Source of the DNA: Octopus bimaculoides
Taxonomy: Eukaryota
Reading direction: 5' to 3'
Assembly (NCBI RefSeq): GCF_001194135.2
Contig: NC_068995.1
Location: forward strand, 36,047,097 to 36,103,944
DNA: 56,848 nt
In this document: positions 51,301-56,848 of the stretch, in pieces
Layout of the letters: each line of letters begins with the position of its first letter
Numbering within the stretch: the stretch's first letter is position 1
Made by a program: the position numbers and the translations under genes
The notes under the pieces: generated by a model
What the model saw: the letters and a program-made list of their open reading frames with translations, nothing else
Told to the model about the DNA's origin: nothing
The model's database searches: none

Positions 51301-51641
51301 GCTTACGTATATACATGCATGGCAATCGTCGTTGTGAATTCGATATTTGGATGGATGTAATTCGGTAAATTTTTACTATATCACCCATTTCACTTTGAAG
51401 GCGAAATTAACATTTTATGTTTCGCTATTTTAATTAAATACTGCTTCAATTGCATACATCGGATAATTTATGCATTTCGGTGATTAATCGCAATAGCAGT
51501 TACCATTATTCACTGTTTCCTATATCGGAGATGATACATCTCGTTCCCACATGTGGCTGACTGCGAGTACACATCATAGAAAAGGCTCCAAAATCTCGAA
51601 ATGTAAGTACCAGACTAAAAGGAACAATGGGGTTTCTGTGA

Positions 51642-51690
<49 letters not shown>

Positions 51691-52169
51691 TTTCTATATA
51701 TGTAGAGAGAAGGAGGGGAAGAAAGAAAGAAAGAAAGAAAGAACTACATAGATATTCATGTTTATTTAAAACATGCTTTGAATTAAGTAGGTTATCAGCC
51801 AGTTATTATACGGTATCTCAAGTGAGATGAACAAAATAAAGGGATAGTAAATGTAATAATATCCTCTTGTAACCGAAATGAATGAAATGAGCTTGCATAA
51901 TTTATTTGCACAAATACTAATATAACCAAGTTTGTGATGAGCAGTTGAAAAATTTCTTTCTATCCTTTGATAGCAAAATACTAACTCGTATTCCCTCAAA
52001 AAGACTGAGAAATAATTTGGTTCGAGGATTTACTTTAGTGCAGACTTGCTCTTTCACTGGTCGTTTATTCGGTTGTTGTCATGCAGTAGTGCCAACATAT
52101 AGAAGCTACTTTTATTTTAAGACAGATGTAAGGGTCAGAAGAGGTCGGGACACACAGCCGTCTAACCCT

Positions 52170-52640
52170 GCTGTTCATGTGGAAACCAGTCAGAGTATTT
52201 CCCGTTCACCCGTAATGCGTCTCTTGACAGTGCTATAAAGCTGTTGGAACAGGGTGGAGGCACACCGGTGAGCATGAGAATTTTCCAGAGAGATGTGTGG
52301 TCGACCGTGACAAAAGTTGCCTTCAAGTCGACAAGGGCAGTATTGAGGTGGTGATTTTTGCGGAATTCCCGAGGTCTTTCAGTGATGAGTCGAAAGGTAA
52401 AAACATGGTCGGCGGTAGATCGATGCGGCATGAATCCGTCTTGTGGGCTTTGTTCTCGGTCAACGCGGAAGCTGCGGGCTGGAAGAGGCCTCGTGACACA
52501 CCCCGCACCAGATGGTTGGACGTGATTGGGGAAGATGTCCAGAGGCTCGATGTTACCTTGGAGGATGCAGAGATGCTGGTAGGGGACCGGCAGCGATAGA
52601 GAGCACTGGTAGACTTGCCGGCTCGACGCATGATGACGCT
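52170..52640. mobile_element. RTE LINE pieces joined in opposite orientation
   Basis: The - strand at 52200-52465 gives GFMPHRSTADHVFTFRLITE...VDLKATF..VDH. The + strand at 52470-52630 gives WKRPRDTPRTRWLDVIGEDVQRL...DRQR*RALV. Confidence 0.75.
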
Positions 52641-53773
52641 TCTGGGACCCTAGCCCCATCTTGGAATGACCCTAGCCCCATCAAACAAGAACATGAAACC
52701 AAACCAAGGCAGGCCATTTGGATTTAATCAACAAAAACATATTAACGTATGTTATGGCAGGTTCCACTCTTCAGTTTCATCTATTATTGTTTCTCTGTAC
52801 TTTCATGAAGGCACAGGTTCCATGCAAAGAGACCTTGGTTGTTGTTATTTTTTTTAAAAATAAGGTTAAGTGTAGAAGACACAGTCCAGCGACTTGTTCA
52901 TGGTCATTATTCAAAAATGCATTTGGCCCTCTTGCTAATCGTCGTCGGGATAGTTTTTCGTCTCTCTCAGATATACATGGGGCTTTTAAATGCAGTACGT
53001 CTATAAGACATTTTATTTCGGATGAAAACCTAGTATTTAGCCTGTGGACGTTGTATATACATCAAATATTATACATATATCAATGCGACTAAATCGTATG
53101 TATCAACACAGACTAACTTTTTTTATTCACAATATTAGGTCGCGTCATACAATTTAAGAACTGAAATGTCAACGGTAAAATAATAGCAGTCTAGCTATGC
53201 AATCAGTTACGTTCTCCCATTTTCAGTGACAATTATTGTGAAATTCAGGCTTCAGTTGAACAGAGGAATACTGAAATCTTTTTAATAAACAACGAGTTGT
53301 ATTGGGTGATATGAGACAGCAGACATAACTCATTAACTAGACAGAAAGGTCATTCACAACAATATAACGAGATGTAGTAAAAATCAAATGGGAAAAAAAT
53401 TCTGAAATAATCCAGTCAATGCGCAGAGAAAAAGCAAAAAGAACTTATCTAGTTTATTATAAATCTGCAACTAGGGTAAGTTCGTAAGTTCGAAACTAAA
53501 ATTCTTTTTCTGCGAAAACAAAGCATTTTCGAGAAACTCGTAGTTACAAAATACACACGTGCACACACACATACACACACACACACACACGCGCAGGCAC
53601 GCATGTACTTACACATACGCATACATATATACACGCACATACGTACATTTGTGTGTATATATATATGTATGAGAGAGAGAATGAGTGTGTGTCTGAGAGA
53701 GTGAGTGGGTGTGTGAGAGAGAGAGTGTGTGTGTGAGAGAGAGAGAGTGAGTGAGTGAGTGAGTGAGTGAGTG

Positions 53774-53812
<39 letters not shown>

Positions 53813-53940
53813 ATGTGTAACTACCCCTCCATGTATGCGTTTACGTTTATACCATTTAGAAAGTGTTTTGGGTCTCTTTAACTTAGCTGTTCAATGAACA
53901 GCAAGTACTACACTGAAAGGAAAACTGGGGTTTCTGTGAT

Positions 53941-53972
<32 letters not shown>

Positions 53973-54489
53973 CAATCACACACACACAATCACACACACG
54001 CACTCAGATGGCATTTTATAACATGTCTGGTACCTTCATACAATCTTCAGGTTATGTCCACATGGCAGATACAATCTAAAAAATAGGGCAGTAGAATAAG
54101 AGAAAATACGAAAAAAAGCAAGAAGAAAGTAGAGGTAAAAGGTGGAAGGTTCAAAACACCGGAAAACGAAAAGAAAAACAAAAGGAAAAGAAAAAAGGCG
54201 GGGTATAGAACAGTGTCCCTTCTACCTGTAAAGCCATAATAAGGCTGAATGGAGAGAGGCCCCGAGTTCGCAGTACAATTGCCCAATCTGGAGAGGGTGG
54301 TATTTTCCAAGTCACCAACAGGAACTTTTCCATATGTTTACATCCGCTGAAAATTTCAGATCTGGAATTCAGGAGTTAGCTGGAATTCTTAGATCTGAAA
54401 AGGACCTTTCAGCTACACATAGCTTGCATTTTTTTTAACCCATTGACATATGGTATGAACTTTTTAACTATTTTCCACTTGATTGTCTG

Positions 54490-55440
54490 TGGTGTGGCGT
54501 TAAACTTTAAACCCTATACGTGGCTAGCCAACTTAGTGGCTTTATTTTTGTCCCTGTACCAGAAGGAAGATATGTAGTTAGTATAGCGGTTTTTGAAGTT
54601 GCCTTCACGTAACCTGGTGTAACTCTTTTCGGTTATGTTATTATCTAGAGTTGCTGTAACTTCTACCTCATATATGACGGATTTAATCATGCACCCATGG
54701 TCGAGTGGACAGGTTCCTAGGTCTCGACAGTTACAACTGGGAGTAGGCTCTTCGTGGATGTAAGGATATTCTTCATATTGGAGCAACAACTTTATGATAA
54801 TGTGACTGAGCTCTTGTTAACTCTAATTTTGATATATTTCTTAGTATTTTTTTAGCTACTAACCCTATTTAAGTCCTCGCAGGGTTTGACAATCTACAAG
54901 TGGGCTTATTACGAAAATTAGGTTTAGTCTTTTAGAGTAATAATAGCTTCCCTTTTTGCTAAGCATTCAAATCTATTTTACTACGCTTAATGAGGATTTT
55001 AGCCTCATCGTTAATATTGTATCTGCCAATGTTAGCTTTCTTATATTTAGTGAAAATGATGTCATTTAGCAACGTATCATATAGAGCATTAATAGCTTCA
55101 TACAGGTTGTTAGTTTTATCAGAAAATACGAACTTCTTTTTAGAGATTCTAAAGTTTCTAATATCAGATTTCAGCTTAGTTTGAAAAGAGTTATGGTACT
55201 TATGGAATCTGATATTGGTGACTAAATCAAGGAGGTCTGCCTCAAAAGGGTCCAATCTTTTATCCTACCAGGGTATTTACGTGTCTTTAAATCATAACGT
55301 TCCATAGCAATGGGGGAGGGGTGTAGTATAAAAAATAAGGCCTTCCATCTCATCTGTCTCATGAGGTCTTCAACTTTCGTGAGAAACATCCAGAAGTATA
55401 GGTTATTCGGTTGGTGTAGGTGTGTTCTTAGCAGAATAAA
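54490..55440 (-). mobile_element. Penelope/Neptune-like element with most of the RT deleted
   Basis: N-terminal KVEDLMRQMRWKALFF...DLLDLVTNIRF...FVFSDKTNNLYE is followed by the GIY-YIG region CNCRDLGTCPLDHGCMIKSVIYEVEV...FKNRYTNYISSF...TKLASHV. Confidence 0.85.
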
Positions 55441-55639
55441 CAGTGTGTAAATTGGTAATTTACATGCCAAACATATGAAAATTATGAATTTTCAGAAAAA
55501 AGCCACGTATTGGCAGTATACTGTTCGTAATAGTAAGATTAGCAAAAATAGTACTCTATCTGGTGGGAGGTAAATGCTGTTTAATAAACACTCTATATAT
55601 TTTTATGAACTACTAATATTTTCATGTAATGAAAATGAC

Positions 55640-56560
55640 TCAGACAGAATTTTATAACAGGTCTGATGCCTTCATGCAATCTTCGCGATCTTCACTATGT
55701 CCATGGGAAGATCTTCAAACTCCTCCTTGATCTTGTCCACCAGCTCGATCTTTGTATTATAGTAAGAGCAGTTGGTGTTATTCTCCCCCACACAGTAATC
55801 TATTGGGTTACAATCGGTGGAATTAGGAGGCCAGAAATTCGGGGCCGGTAAAGTCGTAGAAATTCTCTAATAACTACTTCTGACACTTTCTTCTAGCAAC
55901 TACTTCTGACACGGAGGTATGGCAAGGAACCGAATCCTTTTGCTATACATATGGCCTGCCAGCAACAATCCTCTCCAGCGAAAGATTGACTACAGTCTTC
56001 AGTATGTTCGACATAGCCGTCTGAATTTAGCGTAAGGCCCTGTTCAAAATGTGGGGAGGCATGACGTCACCCTCGCTGTAGACACACCCAAACACCATAC
56101 CAGTTGGAGGAAATTAGTTTTCATGATACGTGGGACAACACATGGATTGTAGGAAAGTCAGCTGTTGTTCTTGGTGTTGTGCAACTGGTCCTGGCAGAAG
56201 TTCTTTCTATCTCAGAAGAGGCAGATCATCTTCGGCTCAACGGGATACATGAACTTGTTCAAGAGCTTCTTTGCTTTCGTCAAGCGTTTTTTCTTGGCCC
56301 GTTATACGAGTGGTAGCGAAGTTTCTCATTCAAAGCCGGCTTCACGGTGGCAACTCCCACACCCATCCCTCATGCCAAAGCCCGGATTCTCTTGCTCGGA
56401 TGTTCCATCAGCTTGCTCTGCAGTTGTTGGATGGATTACAGTGCCCGAACGCAGTCAGAACGCCTGCTGTGTCCCTTCCTGCTAGCCACAGCTTCATAAA
56501 CTCCGCTGCAGCGGTTCATGTCACGTATTACAGCCGTTATAGTGCTCAAAGGGCATTGAG
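55640..56560 (-). mobile_element. Second maT-like (DD37D) transposon, degraded
   Basis: GMVFGCVYSEGDVMPPHI...VAGRPYV*QKDSVPCHTS...STDCNPIDY. A tandem AACTACTTCTGACAC duplication lies at about 55870-55912. Confidence 0.75.
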
Positions 56561-56807
56561 TAACAGTTATGATGTGAGCATTTTGACAGACGACGCAAAT
56601 CATCATGATACAGGTAAACCTTTTTCCAATATTCAGGTGGCTTCCAGTCCTCCATGTCAGCTAACGTTTTCGCAGTCACATCTTTAATCTTTATGTTCTC
56701 CAACGCTATTGACTGTTCAATAATCAAGCTGTTTCTGAAAAAAAGAGGCATAAAGAACTCGTTAAGTTTAACACGAATACCCTCTATGTGCGTGCGTGCG
56801 TGCGTGC

Positions 56808-56848
<41 letters not shown>

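Noticed and set aside
54340-54420. Hairpin TCAGATCT..GAATTC / GAATTC..AGATCTGA beside the Penelope element, considered as a hammerhead
   Set aside because: The CUGANGA core is absent on both strands, and the GAAA is consumed by the stem.

Overview
This is AT-rich, repeat-dense eukaryotic genomic DNA from a gapped short-read scaffold, with about 14 N-runs that mostly abut microsatellites. The tRNA-derived SINEs and microsatellite load match what I recall for octopus; that taxon call is inference. There are no prokaryotic features (no operons, CRISPR or rRNA). Two host genes can be built by hand with phase-consistent GT-AG junctions. (1) A 4-coding-exon + strand gene (11569-11671, 15401-15474, 23102-23568, 29408-29777; 337 aa) encodes a type II membrane protein resembling the HtrL/YibB family, probably a GT-A-like transferase. 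(2) The last two exons of a - strand gene (51094-50960, 46697-46560) end in a ricin-B lectin domain, as in polypeptide GalNAc-transferases. The rest is mostly decayed mobile DNA: an internally deleted Helitron with both termini, Penelope-like GIY-YIG fragments, CR1, RTE and L1-Tx1 LINE pieces, mariner, DD37D maT-like, pogo/Tigger, Merlin, a piggyBac-like MITE and several SINE families. The most notable unexplained structure is a family of head-to-head palindromic elements. Each arm is a tRNA-like Pol III head, an (AAT/AAC)n spacer and a minimal Penelope-type type I hammerhead ribozyme pointing outward (42841-43632; deleted copy 20209-20500 in a host intron; relic near 15011). A second, different hammerhead lies at 34962-35035.
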